A DNA stretch of 64,000 bases, taken from assembly GCA_963664225.1 (NCBI GenBank), contig OY760937.1, positions 736,001 to 800,000 on the forward strand, in the 5' to 3' direction. A program made the translations under genes and the position numbers. The DNA is from Verrucomicrobiia bacterium (GTDB taxonomy: Bacteria; Verrucomicrobiota; Verrucomicrobiia; Limisphaerales; UBA1319). Below the pieces are notes generated by a model. The model did no database searches, was not told the DNA's origin, and saw only the letters and a list, made by a program, of their open reading frames with translations. Positions 10,797 to 20,925 of this stretch are shown here, piece after piece. How positions within the stretch are numbered: position 1 is the stretch's first letter; the number at the start of each line of letters is the position of its first letter.

Positions 10797-12362
10797 CTAT
10801 TTGGCGTACTCGACACATCGGGTTTCCCGGACCACGGTGATGCGAATCTGACCTGGATATTGAAGCTCTTCCTCGATTTTGTGGGCTATGCTGCGTGCCA
10901 TGGCGTAGGCTTCCTCGTCGTTAACGCTGTCGGGCTGAACCATGACGCGGAGTTCGCGGCCGGCCTGGACGGCAAAACAACGTTCGACCCCAGGGAAGGA
11001 TGCGCCGATCTTTTCAAGCTGCTCCAGACGTTTGATATACGTTGAAATATTTTCTGAACGCGCTCCGGGACGGGAAGCGCTGATGGCGTCGGCAGCACTG
11101 ATGATAAAGGCGAACGCGCTGGTGGGAGGAATTTCGCCGTGGTGTGCGGCAACACAATTGACCACAATGGCGGATTCCCCGTGGCGTTTAATGATATCGG
11201 CTCCTATGATGGCGTGAGCGCCCTCGATCTCGTGATTGACGGCCTTTCCAATGTCATGGAGAAGACCCGCCCGCTTGGCCACGGCAATGTCGAGACCCAG
11301 TTCCGCAGCCATGAGACCCGCCAGATGGGCAACTTCCACCGAGTGGTCGAGAATGTTTTGAGAATAACTGCGCCGATATTTAAGACGTCCGAGCAATTTG
11401 ACAATTTCCAGAGGCAGGGGAGGGATTCCAATTTTGAACACCGCTTCTTCGCCGGCGTGCAAGATGGATTCGTCCATTTCCTGGGAGACGCGAGCGACGA
11501 TTTCCTCAATGCGCGTGGGGTGAATGCGTCCATCCAGGATGAGCCGATGCATCGATTCGTGGGCAATCTGACGGCGAACCGGGTCAAAGGAGGAAAGAAC
11601 GACGGCGTTGGGAGTGTCATCGATGAGCACCGTGACGCCGGTGGCGGCTTCGAAGGCACGGATGTTTCGGCCTTCACGCCCAATGATGCGCCCTTTGATT
11701 TCCTCGTTGGGAAGAGTGATGGCCGCAGTGCTGTTTTCAAACGCGTGTTCGCCAGCGTATCGTTGAATGGCGGTGCTGATGATTTTGCGGGCTTCGTCTT
11801 CGGCTGTGGACCGCGCAGTTTCCAGAATATGCCGGGAAAGGTCTGCGGCATCCTTGAGGGTTTCCTGTTCTATTTCTTTGAGGATGGTTTCTTTGGCTTC
11901 GGTTTCGGTAAGGTGCGCAAGATGCAGAAGCTGATCACGGTGGAGTTGCTTTTGTTGCGCCAATTCAGCATGAGAGGCCTCCAATGCGCGGGCCTTGTCC
12001 TGAATGGCCTGTTGTTTGTCCTGAAGGTTTTTTTCCTGCTGCACCAAACCTTCCAATTGCCGGTTGATGAGCAGATCTCTTTCCGTGAGCCGACGCTCCA
12101 TTTCGATGATTTCCTGCTTTCGAGCGGTGCATTCGGCGGCGGTTTGTTGAAGTTTTCTTTCGGCTTCCTCGGCAGCGGTCTGCCGGGCTTCAGTAATCAG
12201 GGATTCCGCTTCATGCCTGGCATTGAGGAGGATGTCTTTTTCGCTGGCTTCGATGCGGGCCTTTTCGCGCATGCTTCGCCAGCGCCAGAGCCAAAGACCA
12301 GCTATGGCGCCCACGCTCAAGCTGGCGGCCCCTTCCACTAAATTGGTTGCCTCAATAATCAT
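10797..12362 (-). CDS. rny: Ribonuclease Y
   Basis: N-terminal TM helix, coiled coil, KH domain (KGRIIGREGRNIR), HD domain (LLHDIGK), ADAISASRPGAR. Confidence 0.96.
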   Translation of the reverse strand: MIIEATNLVEGAASLSVGAIAGLWLWRWRSMREKARIEASEKDILLNARHEAESLITEARQTAAEEAERKLQQTAAECTARKQEIIEMERRLTERDLLINRQLEGLVQQEKNLQDKQQAIQDKARALEASHAELAQQKQLHRDQLLHLAHLTETEAKETILKEIEQETLKDAADLSRHILETARSTAEDEARKIISTAIQRYAGEHAFENSTAAITLPNEEIKGRIIGREGRNIRAFEAATGVTVLIDDTPNAVVLSSFDPVRRQIAHESMHRLILDGRIHPTRIEEIVARVSQEMDESILHAGEEAVFKIGIPPLPLEIVKLLGRLKYRRSYSQNILDHSVEVAHLAGLMAAELGLDIAVAKRAGLLHDIGKAVNHEIEGAHAIIGADIIKRHGESAIVVNCVAAHHGEIPPTSAFAFIISAADAISASRPGARSENISTYIKRLEQLEKIGASFPGVERCFAVQAGRELRVMVQPDSVNDEEAYAMARSIAHKIEEELQYPGQIRITVVRETRCVEYAK

Positions 12363-12964
12363 CAGGATGCGGCGTGCGGGCTGGCCACGATCCAGCGCTG
12401 TGGCGTCGCTATATAATCTACATGAATATCATGCGGCTCAACAGGGATTTCTGATCGGATTTGTTGTTCATATCCAACTCCGCAACGCAGTCCCTGTGTC
12501 ATCGGCAATAACCGATCGTAATATCCGCGTCCCCGACCCAACCGATAGCCACTAGAATCGAATGCTACTCCAGGCACCAGTATGAAGTCCAGCCGGTTTA
12601 ACGGAATCAAAGGGCAAACGGGACCAGGTTCGCGGACGCCAAAATGTCCCTCGGTAAGGTCCGTGTCCAGGTTTGAGATCGTGGCGGCCTCATAGGCATC
12701 CTTTTGCGGATTGTACCTGGGCAGACAGGCGGTGGCGCCTTTTTGAATGGCGATCTGGATCAAAGGCCAGATATCGACTTCCTTGAGAATGGGGGCATAG
12801 AAGAGAATGGATCTGGAATTCTGCCAGACGGGCTGTGTCGTGATGGTCTGCTGTACTCGGAGGGATTCCCGGGCCAGCCAGGTTGAATCGGCCTTATTAA
12901 ACAGGGATTTTATTTCCCGGCGCAGGGCTTCTTTTGAATTTAAGATGGTGGCTTGGTTGTTCAA
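12362..12964 (-). CDS. ygfA: 5-formyltetrahydrofolate cyclo-ligase (start codon uncertain)
   Basis: K.ALRR N-terminus, VPGVAFD..GYRLGRGRGYYDR, EPHD; the longer ORF-track start overlaps rarA. Confidence 0.9.
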   Translation of the reverse strand: MNNQATILNSKEALRREIKSLFNKADSTWLARESLRVQQTITTQPVWQNSRSILFYAPILKEVDIWPLIQIAIQKGATACLPRYNPQKDAYEAATISNLDTDLTEGHFGVREPGPVCPLIPLNRLDFILVPGVAFDSSGYRLGRGRGYYDRLLPMTQGLRCGVGYEQQIRSEIPVEPHDIHVDYIATPQRWIVASPHAAS

Positions 12965-13013
12965 ATCGAACCGCCTACATGGGCCATTGCGGCCTGACGA
13001 GAGGATTATAACA

Positions 13014-14387
13014 CTAACTTTCGGATTTTGCCAATTTGTCATTAACCATTGCGCGCCAGGTTGCCAGGCGCTCCTTAATCTTTTTCTCAGAGCCTTGATC
13101 CGATGGTTCGTAATAGTGTTTGCTGGAGGGGAAATATTCCTGCGCCACAAAGTGTCCGGGAAAATCATGCGCGTATTGGTAGCCTTGTCCATGTCCCAGC
13201 CTTTCCGCTCCAGAATAGTGCGCATCTTTCAGGTGTTCGGGTACTGCCAGCGTTCGGCCGTTACGGACGTCCTCGAGGGCGGCGTCAATTGCCATGATGG
13301 CGGAATTGCTTTTATTGGCGGTGGCGATGTAGATGGCCGCTTCGGCAAGCGGAATGCGGGCCTCAGGCCAGCCAATGAATTCGGCGGCCGCGCAGGCGTT
13401 CTGCGCGAGAATCAAGGCAAGGGGATCCGCCAGTCCGACATCTTCCGCCGCGCAAATCACCATGCGCCTGGCGATGAATCGGGGATCTTCGCCGGCATGA
13501 ATCATTTTAGCCAGCCAGTATAACGTGGCGTCCGGATCGCTGCCGCGCATGGACTTGATGAACGCTGAAATGGTGTCGAAGTGGGCATCCCCATCCGCAT
13601 CGTAAACCACCGCCTTTTTCTGAATGCTTTGCTCCGCCACGGGCAGGTCGATGTAAATGACTCCATCTGGACCGGGACTGGTGGTAAGCACCGCGATCTC
13701 CAGAGAATTCAAGGCTTTGCGAGCGTCACCATCAGCCATCCGTGCCAGGTGGCAAAGAGCGGGTTCCTCAGCTTTAATTTTGAGAAATCCCAGACCGCGC
13801 CCGGAATCCGTGAGTGCCCGATTCAACAAGGCCAGCAATTCTGATTCTGTCAAAGGGCGGAGTTCAAAGATTTGAGAGCGTGAAACCAATGGAGCGTTAA
13901 CGAAGAAGAACGGATTGTGTGTGGTTGCCCCAATCAACCGGACCACGCCGCTTTCAACGTCAGGAAGCAATACGTCCTGCTGTGTTTTGTTGAAGCGATG
14001 GATTTCATCGATAAAGAGCAGGGTCCGCTGATTTGAGTTGGCGAGGCGATTGGCCGCAGTGGCCAGGACGCGCCGTATGTCCCCAACATTGGACTCCACA
14101 CCGCTAAGGCGCTCAAATTTGGAGCGGGTTTGACCCGCAATTACACAGGCCAAGGAAGTTTTCCCTGTTCCAGGTGGACCATAGAAGATGAGGGACTGAA
14201 TGCGATCCGCCTCAATCGCTCGACGCAGCAACTGGCCGGGAGCCAGAATGTGGGTTTGCCCGGCGATATCGTCCAGGGTTCGGGGCCTCATCCGTGCGGC
14301 CAAAGGGGCATGCTGCCCGGCACTGGGAAGCGCCGCATCAACTGCATCCGAATTTTTTGGGTTAGCGAATAAATCGCCGCTGGACAT
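13014..14387 (-). CDS. rarA: Replication-associated recombination protein A
   Basis: PLAARMRP, GPPGTGKT, FIDEIHRFNK, ISAFIKSMRGSDPDA, EDVGLADP. Confidence 0.95.
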   Translation of the reverse strand: MSSGDLFANPKNSDAVDAALPSAGQHAPLAARMRPRTLDDIAGQTHILAPGQLLRRAIEADRIQSLIFYGPPGTGKTSLACVIAGQTRSKFERLSGVESNVGDIRRVLATAANRLANSNQRTLLFIDEIHRFNKTQQDVLLPDVESGVVRLIGATTHNPFFFVNAPLVSRSQIFELRPLTESELLALLNRALTDSGRGLGFLKIKAEEPALCHLARMADGDARKALNSLEIAVLTTSPGPDGVIYIDLPVAEQSIQKKAVVYDADGDAHFDTISAFIKSMRGSDPDATLYWLAKMIHAGEDPRFIARRMVICAAEDVGLADPLALILAQNACAAAEFIGWPEARIPLAEAAIYIATANKSNSAIMAIDAALEDVRNGRTLAVPEHLKDAHYSGAERLGHGQGYQYAHDFPGHFVAQEYFPSSKHYYEPSDQGSEKKIKERLATWRAMVNDKLAKSES

Positions 14388-14481
14388 GGAGTCAGAATAA
14401 CACGACGCAAAAAAATGCCAATGGACAAACGGGTCGGGCGAAGGGCGGAAGTTTAATTTAGGATGGGTTGCGTACAAAAAA

Positions 14482-14662
14482 GAACCCCACCGTAATGCCG
14501 TGTGTAAACAGTTCCTTTGAACTACTACGAAACAAGTGGAACCGCTCTAGTGGTTTTCGACGTCCAATTAAGGCCTGTCGGCTGCCAGATGAGTTGAGGT
14601 CCCGATTTTTATGTTTTACGGTTCAAGGACTTTGTTTCTTTACACGAACATGGCAGGGTCAA
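14482..14662 (-). ncRNA. ssrS: 6S RNA
   Basis: ~180 nt; on the minus strand the ends pair (ACCCTGCC-ATGTTCGTGT with ACACGGCAT-ACGGTGGGGT) and an internal CCTTGAAC/GTTCAAAGG stem flanks a bubble; lies upstream of ygfA and rny, a known ssrS context. Confidence 0.85.
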
Positions 14663-14900
14663 GTGTCTGTCAAAAAGAAAGTGCTTTGTTAGATCGAACT
14701 AATGACTTCGAACCCTGATTCCAAACCCGGTCAATGGACTGATAACACTCACTTTTTGACAGGCTCACAACTGCTGTCAAAGTCGTCTTCAAAGATCAGT
14801 GGGCCAGCGCCCCGTTCCTGTATTTAATATCGTCCCGACCTCGCTTCGACTCAAGTGGAAATGCAAAAAAAACGAAAATATTTATCAGGCGTTAGGGCGT

Positions 14901-15746
14901 TCATTGGGTGTCACGCGGGGCGGGTGCTTCCGGGGGCAGGTTCGTGGAGGTCGAGTTGGTGTTGGCTGGCAAAGGAATCAGTTGTTCAGTGGTGGCGATG
15001 TCCGTTGACTTTATGGGCAAACTGTTGGTGGTCGTGTAGGGGACGGCATCTGAGCCAACGAGTTCTTCAGAGAGGACGACGAGGGCGATGCGGCGATTTT
15101 TTGCGCGGCCTTCGGCTGTGGAATTGTCGGCAATGGGATGGAATTCTCCATAGCCAACGGCCCCAAGGCGGCGGGGATCCACGCCACCAGATTCACTCAG
15201 AAAACGAACGGCTGCATTGGCGCGGGCGGTGGATAATTCCCAGTTGCTGGGAAAACGGTTTCTTGCAAGGGCTTTGATTGGAACATTATCGGTATGGCCG
15301 ATGACATGGATCTGGCGGTTGGGATATTGCTTGAGGACGTTGGCGATTTGTTGAAGAATTTTTTCTCCTTCGGCTTTGAGGACGGCTTCGCCGGAATCGA
15401 AAAGGATGCGATCGAGAATATTGACGGTGAGTTTTCCCTGGAGTTCGGAAATGGTTATGTCCTTGGATTGGAGCTCGTTGCGCATCTGGTCTTCGAGTTT
15501 CTTTTGGGCCTGGGTGAAGGCATCCTTTTCCTTTTGAAGGTTATCTATAAGTGATTGTTCCTGTGCGAGTTGTGTTTTGAGGAGCGCAAGCTGCGCCTGG
15601 GTTTGATCCGCGACGGTGCGGGCGGTGGATAATCCGGTCTGGGTCTGGGATAATTCGTTGCGCAACTGCCAGAATGACAGGAAGATAAACCCGCCAACCA
15701 CCAGGGCGGAAGTGACGATGGCGAATATCCAGGATTTCTTATTCAC
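14901..15746 (-). CDS. OmpA/MotB-family peptidoglycan-binding protein with TM anchor and coiled coil
   Basis: ILFDSG, GHTDNVP, NWELSTARA, GYGEFHP, NRRI. Confidence 0.9.
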   Translation of the reverse strand: MNKKSWIFAIVTSALVVGGFIFLSFWQLRNELSQTQTGLSTARTVADQTQAQLALLKTQLAQEQSLIDNLQKEKDAFTQAQKKLEDQMRNELQSKDITISELQGKLTVNILDRILFDSGEAVLKAEGEKILQQIANVLKQYPNRQIHVIGHTDNVPIKALARNRFPSNWELSTARANAAVRFLSESGGVDPRRLGAVGYGEFHPIADNSTAEGRAKNRRIALVVLSEELVGSDAVPYTTTNSLPIKSTDIATTEQLIPLPANTNSTSTNLPPEAPAPRDTQ

Positions 15747-15859
15747 GCGGGCGAGGTTAGCGTTTGCGGGGTAAAACAGACAATCAATAATTGCGATTTG
15801 GAGCGTTCAACCGGTTGACCACGGGTTGAACGAAGCGGTCAACCGCCGGGGGCGTCGAT

Positions 15860-16837
15860 TCAAAACAGGAGGAAGGCTGTGCCACCCACCAGGGCGGCGA
15901 TGAGCCAGATGACGAGGACGGCGGTGGTGGGGCTGAGGCCCATGCGGACGAGGCGATGCGAAAGATGGTTGGTGTCGCCGATATAAAAGGGTTGACCTTT
16001 GCTCCACCTGAGGCAAACCACCCAGCCCAGATCGAACAGGGGCAGGGCCAGGACTAAAAGGGGTGTGATGACGGCCCAGCGATTGGGTTGGGAGGCGGTG
16101 TGGAAGTGGGGCAGGATGGCCAGGGTGGCCAGCCAGAAGCCGGTCAGGTGGCTTCCGGCATCTCCGAGGAAGGCGCTGGCGTGAGGAAAATTCCATGGAA
16201 GAAATCCGAGGAGCGCTCCGCAGGAAAGAAAACCGAGCAGCGCCACCAGGTATTGTCCGTGGATGGCGGCGTTCCATGAGAAAAACCAGGCGGCGACGAC
16301 TCCCAAGCCCGTGCATAATCCATTCATGTTGTCCATGAAATTAAAGGCATTGGTGACGGTCAGAATCCAGAGGATGGTGATGGCGTAGCTAAAAAAGAGG
16401 TTGGGAATGAAGAGGGTGATGCGGATTCCTGCAAACGCCACCAGGAATGCGATGGCAAACTGGCCCGCAAATTTGATCGAGGGCTTGAGTTCAAAACGAT
16501 CGTCGAGCAGGCCCAGACCCAGCATTCCCACAGCCCCAAAGAACAGGACGGCCATCTGGGTTTCACGCCGACTGAAACCGTGACGCAGGTAGTCGAGACC
16601 GGGGAGGTGGAGTGGAGGCAGATTCATGGCCAGCCATGCCGCGCACAAAGGGGCCAGAATGCCGGTCATGACGGCAAGACCTCCGGCCAGGGCCATGGGG
16701 GCGCTGTGAATTTTGCGGTGCCCCGGATCGTCCACCAGGCCGATGCGCCAGCAGAAGAACCGCCATAGGGGAAGGGAGGCAAAAGCGGCTATGGCCGCCA
16801 GTAACATGGCGGTGAAATAGATGAACAATATGGCCAC
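15860..16837 (-). CDS. MraY/WecA-family polyprenyl-phosphate HexNAc-1-phosphate transferase
   Basis: DDPGHRKIH, GLLDD, NAFNFMDNMNGL, FLGDAGS, HLSHRL; polytopic membrane protein. Confidence 0.9.
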   Translation of the reverse strand: MAILFIYFTAMLLAAIAAFASLPLWRFFCWRIGLVDDPGHRKIHSAPMALAGGLAVMTGILAPLCAAWLAMNLPPLHLPGLDYLRHGFSRRETQMAVLFFGAVGMLGLGLLDDRFELKPSIKFAGQFAIAFLVAFAGIRITLFIPNLFFSYAITILWILTVTNAFNFMDNMNGLCTGLGVVAAWFFSWNAAIHGQYLVALLGFLSCGALLGFLPWNFPHASAFLGDAGSHLTGFWLATLAILPHFHTASQPNRWAVITPLLVLALPLFDLGWVVCLRWSKGQPFYIGDTNHLSHRLVRMGLSPTTAVLVIWLIAALVGGTAFLLF

Positions 16838-16894
16838 AATGTTCCCTGCGCCGCATCGTCAAGATGCGATTAACGCGCGGTTTTTCAATGGTGT

Positions 16895-19735
16895 CTATTT
16901 TGTCCCGCGCAGTTCATTCAACAAGGCGGAAACCTTCGATGCTTCCGATGTGTTGGGCGGGGCGAACTTTTTATATTGCTCGAAATTCCGAATGGCTGCG
17001 GCGGTATCTTTTCGTTTGATGGCGATTTCTCCCAGTCCATAGAAGGCCCGATAATAATCGGGGATCAATTTGAGGAGCGTCTCGTAATCTCTTTGTGCGT
17101 CGTCCAAACGGTCGTTTTGAAGATTGGCGATGGCGCGGTTTAACCGGGCGGGTTCGTTCTTAGGCTCGGATTCCAGGACGCGGGTCAAGGAAGCAACGGC
17201 CTGGGGGTAGGCTTTAAGCTGGATGCACAGGGCGCCGTGGTTAAACAGGGCCTTCATATTATTGGGATCCAATTTGAGCTGCTGATCGAGAGCGGAGAGG
17301 GCATTGGTGAAATCCCCGGCCTGGAGATAGAGTTGCGCGAGGGTTTCCGGCAGGGAAGGCTCACCCGGATCCCTGCGGCGGGCGTCCTGAAGTATTTTAA
17401 TGGCCTGGGGCATGTTGGTCTTGAAGGTGTAGGCCCAAGCTTCCAGGCGCTCCAATTCATGTTGATTGGCCAGGCTTAATGCGGGCGCGTTGGTTTGCTG
17501 GCGCGTGGCCGCGACGATTTCGAGGGTGCGATCCGGCAGGTGCCATTTTAGATACATGTTGGCCAGCCAGACGGAGGCTTCGAGGTTGCCGGGTTGAAAG
17601 GTGAGCACGCGCAGGAATTGCTGGGCGGACAACCGGATGAATGGCGGATCGGAAAGGGCAAAATTCTCACCCCATTGCATGCAGAAACGGGGCTCGTCGA
17701 AGGGCCCGTTGAGCCGCAAGAGGTCTGTCCAGCGCCGGTATTTCTGACGCATTTTTTCCTCGAACGTGGGTTCCAACTCGACCGCGCGTGTCTGCCCGGA
17801 CGTCAGATTTTGATTGTACTTCTGGTTTACAAAAGCGACTTCATTGTCGGGATTAAAATGAAGCGCGAGTGCAAAGGCCTGGGCTGCGGCGGGCAGAATA
17901 TTGTTTTTCTGCAATTCGACGCCCCAAACGTTGGCGGAACGGGAGAGGAAGAAGGAGGCAAATTGGGCGTCCGGCTGGGCGGTGTCGGCATCCTGTGAGG
18001 ATTTTCCAGCAGGGAAACCGGTTTTGATGCGGTTCCAAAAAGCCTGATTGGCGGTGACTGTTTCAGGGGACAGCGGGGGAGGAGTCACCTGACCCGACTG
18101 ATAAGGCTGCATTCGATAGATCAGCCCTTTTGGCTCCGCGGAGAGGCTTTCCATGAAGTAATTGAGGGGAGGGTGGGCATAGAAAACCTCACCCGTGCGG
18201 GCCTGGGCGGCTGTAAAAAGGTGAACATTGACGGCTGAAATGGGTTCGGAAAAGCGTTCGCCGGTGAGGACGTCGGACCATCGCTCGCCGTAGCGTTTGT
18301 GCAGGAGATGGTGATAGGACTTGTAGTAGAGGCTGCGGGTATCGACGAAGATATGGTTGTTGGGCGCGCCACTCCGCTGGATGGCGGCTTGAATCAGGAA
18401 AAGGTAGATCGGGTCGTCGCTCAAAACATAGGCCCCCTGGGCTGGCAGGCTTTCGGTCATGGCCTGGGCCAATTGGTATAGGGTGGGACCATTTGTGCTG
18501 CGAATGCCGGCCAGATTTTTATAGATGAGACCGGCCGGGACGACGATCAAGGCCAATAAAACCAGGCCTGCCAGTAATTTACCGAGCAGGCGGACGCCCG
18601 GCTGGCTGGCATGGCGGCGTTTTTCGGGTTCGGAACCAAAGACGAGCAGGAAATAGCCGCTGAAATATCCGATGCCCAAGGCGCTCAAGAAGTAAAGGGG
18701 CAGGAAAGGCAGGCCGAATCCACGCACGCGCGGGCTGAAGGGGGGATCAAACATGACCCACAGACAGATGCCCAGGAAGAAGAAGTGCATGACACGGAAC
18801 ATGACGGTGGTGAGAATATTGCCGACGATGCTGGTGTCTCCGACGGTGGAAGGGAAACGAAAACCCATGGCGAAAACCGGCAGCAGGGAAGAAAGCGCGC
18901 ACAACAATAGAACGTAACGGGGAAAATTAAGGAGGGCATTCTTCTGCATCGCAATTTCTGTTTTAATCAGCTGCCAGAAACCGACGCCGGATTTGGCGGA
19001 AATAACGTCCACGAGCGGGAGGGCCAGATAAAGCAACAAACCCAGGCAACCCAGGAAGAACATGCGTGTAAAAAAGCGTCCGCTGAAAAAGGCGACGCCC
19101 TTCATCCAAATCATGGCCACGATGTAGAGGGGCAGGAAGGCGATCATGGCCCAATTGTTGGTGATCGCCAAACCGTACACCAAGGCGGATCTAAAGAGAA
19201 AGCGATCCTCCTGTTCGAGGCGGAATTGGAGGAGCGAGCAAACCACGTAAGCAAATAAAAGAGCGTTGAGCGCTTCGCCGGTGGCAGCGGTGGCGTGTTC
19301 CCACCATGTGAGTTGCAGGCCGCAAGCCAGAACGGCGAGGATGGGAGGGATCCAAGCGGTGGGAATGCTCAGGAGGCTGTAATCGCTGCGTTCGCGAATG
19401 CGCTGGTCGCGAGTCCTGTCGTGTGGGAGAAGGGCGACGGATTTGGCGAGCAATGCCAATGCCCCGGCGGCGCAAAACGCGGAAAAGACATTCAGGATCA
19501 ATAGCTGCCAACTGCTTGGAAGCCAACGGATTGGGTATGTGATAAAATAAAACAGCGGAGCTTGCAGGGTCAATGACCAGGAATCCCATTGGGCGATTTT
19601 GGCCACATTGCCTATACTTGCGGTGGTGACCCAATGGTTAAGGGTGACCAGGTAGATAATGAGAACAGCCAAGGCGGCGAGCCAGGGCAGTATTTTCTCG
19701 TTAAACTCGCAACGCTTATTTGCCATTGTATCCAT
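16895..19735 (-). CDS. DUF2723 (TMEM260-like) multi-pass membrane protein with C-terminal TPRs
   Basis: About 11 hydrophobic segments, YLVTL..., WEHATAA motif, multiple C-terminal TPR-like repeats. Confidence 0.7.
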   Translation of the reverse strand: MDTMANKRCEFNEKILPWLAALAVLIIYLVTLNHWVTTASIGNVAKIAQWDSWSLTLQAPLFYFITYPIRWLPSSWQLLILNVFSAFCAAGALALLAKSVALLPHDRTRDQRIRERSDYSLLSIPTAWIPPILAVLACGLQLTWWEHATAATGEALNALLFAYVVCSLLQFRLEQEDRFLFRSALVYGLAITNNWAMIAFLPLYIVAMIWMKGVAFFSGRFFTRMFFLGCLGLLLYLALPLVDVISAKSGVGFWQLIKTEIAMQKNALLNFPRYVLLLCALSSLLPVFAMGFRFPSTVGDTSIVGNILTTVMFRVMHFFFLGICLWVMFDPPFSPRVRGFGLPFLPLYFLSALGIGYFSGYFLLVFGSEPEKRRHASQPGVRLLGKLLAGLVLLALIVVPAGLIYKNLAGIRSTNGPTLYQLAQAMTESLPAQGAYVLSDDPIYLFLIQAAIQRSGAPNNHIFVDTRSLYYKSYHHLLHKRYGERWSDVLTGERFSEPISAVNVHLFTAAQARTGEVFYAHPPLNYFMESLSAEPKGLIYRMQPYQSGQVTPPPLSPETVTANQAFWNRIKTGFPAGKSSQDADTAQPDAQFASFFLSRSANVWGVELQKNNILPAAAQAFALALHFNPDNEVAFVNQKYNQNLTSGQTRAVELEPTFEEKMRQKYRRWTDLLRLNGPFDEPRFCMQWGENFALSDPPFIRLSAQQFLRVLTFQPGNLEASVWLANMYLKWHLPDRTLEIVAATRQQTNAPALSLANQHELERLEAWAYTFKTNMPQAIKILQDARRRDPGEPSLPETLAQLYLQAGDFTNALSALDQQLKLDPNNMKALFNHGALCIQLKAYPQAVASLTRVLESEPKNEPARLNRAIANLQNDRLDDAQRDYETLLKLIPDYYRAFYGLGEIAIKRKDTAAAIRNFEQYKKFAPPNTSEASKVSALLNELRGTK

Positions 19736-19892
19736 AGGTTGTGGAAATGTGATTTAAACCCAATTATTTGTAATAGCAAGGCTTCCGTGACTTCTTTGTA
19801 ATATATTCAGCGTCGATTCCAAAAGAACAGGGCCACCGGCGATGGTTGCATGACAAAATTCTTCGACAAGGAAGCAAGGGCGATAAAAGGAG

Positions 19893-19950
19893 CCCCTCTC
19901 TCCAGCTCTCTCCCCACTCGTGCCAATTCAGGTTTTGGGGCGAGAGAGAA
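19893..19950. repeat. Dispersed CTCCCC..GGGGCGAG palindromic repeat (empty copy of the IS110 target family)
   Basis: 27 bp identical to 61243-61269; CTCCAGCTCT-CT-CCCCACTCGTGCC resembles the reconstructed IS110 site. Confidence 0.75.
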
Positions 19951-20120
19951 GAATCGCGCGATCGGTTTTTTGGATCGACTGTATTCATTCGCCCTATAAA
20001 CTTCCATGGCCTTTTAGAGACTTTTTCGGCATGCCGAAGGTTTTGTCCAGCGCCCACCAGCGATGTCAGCCCCAGCCACTCGCGGCCTTGTCCAAGAGGC
20101 GGTCGAGGAACAGGACCGGA

Positions 20121-20925
20121 CGGCTCGGCAGGAGCCTCGCCCTACCAGCCTCGCCCTACCGTTTGGGCGGCTCGGCGGGAGCCTCGCCCTACCGCTTGGG
20201 CGGCTCGGCGGGAGCCTCGCCCTACCCGTTGTGCGGCTCGGCAGGAGCCTCGCCCTACCGTTTGGGCGGCTCGGCGGGAGCCTCGCCCTACCAAGTCTCG
20301 CCCTACCGTTTGGGCGGCTCGGCGGGAGCCTCGCCCTACCGCTTGGGCGGCTCGGCGGGAGCCTCGCCCTACCCGTTGTGCGGCTCGGCAGGAGCCTCGC
20401 CCTACCAAGTCTCGCCCTACCGTTTGGACGGCTCGGCGGGAGCCTCGCCCTACCCGTTGGGCGGCTCGGCAGGAGTCTCGCCCTACCCGTTGTGCTGCTC
20501 GGCGGGAGCCTCGCCCTACCAGCCTCGCCCTACCGCTTGGACGGCTCGGCAGGAGCCTCGCCCTACCGTTTGGGCGGCTCGGCGGGAGCCTCGCCCTACC
20601 AGCCTCGCCCTACCGCTTGGACGGCTCGGCAGGAGCCTCGCCCTACCGTTTGGGCGGCTCGGCGGGAGCCTCGCCCTACCGCTTGGACGGCTCGGCAGGA
20701 GCCTCGCCCTACCGCTTGGACGGCTCGGCGGGAGCCTCGCCCTACCGTTTGGACGGCTCGGCGGGAGCCTCGCCCTACCGCTTGGACGGCTCGGCAGGAG
20801 CCTCGCCCTACCGCTTGGACGGCTCGGCAGGAGCCTCGCCCTACCGCTTGGACGGCTCGGCAGGAGCCTCGCCCTACCGTTTGGGCGGCTCGGCGGGAGC
20901 CTCGCCCTACCGACCTCGCCCTACC
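20121..20925. repeat. Tandem array of 22 REP-like units (26-bp core + 7-bp linker, 33-bp period)
   Basis: CGGCTCGGCRGGAGCCTCGCCCTACC repeated; minus strand reads GTAG followed by a GGCTC..GAGCC hairpin; several extra 14-15-bp partial units. Confidence 0.95.

Noticed and set aside
11139..12341. Long antisense ORFs opposite housekeeping genes (also 28944-30236, 39650-40579, 53042-54217)
   Set aside because: They overlap better-supported genes on the other strand; typical GC-rich shadow ORFs
20121..20925. CRISPR array
   Set aside because: Linkers are only 7 bp and recur; no unique spacers and no cas genes in the window
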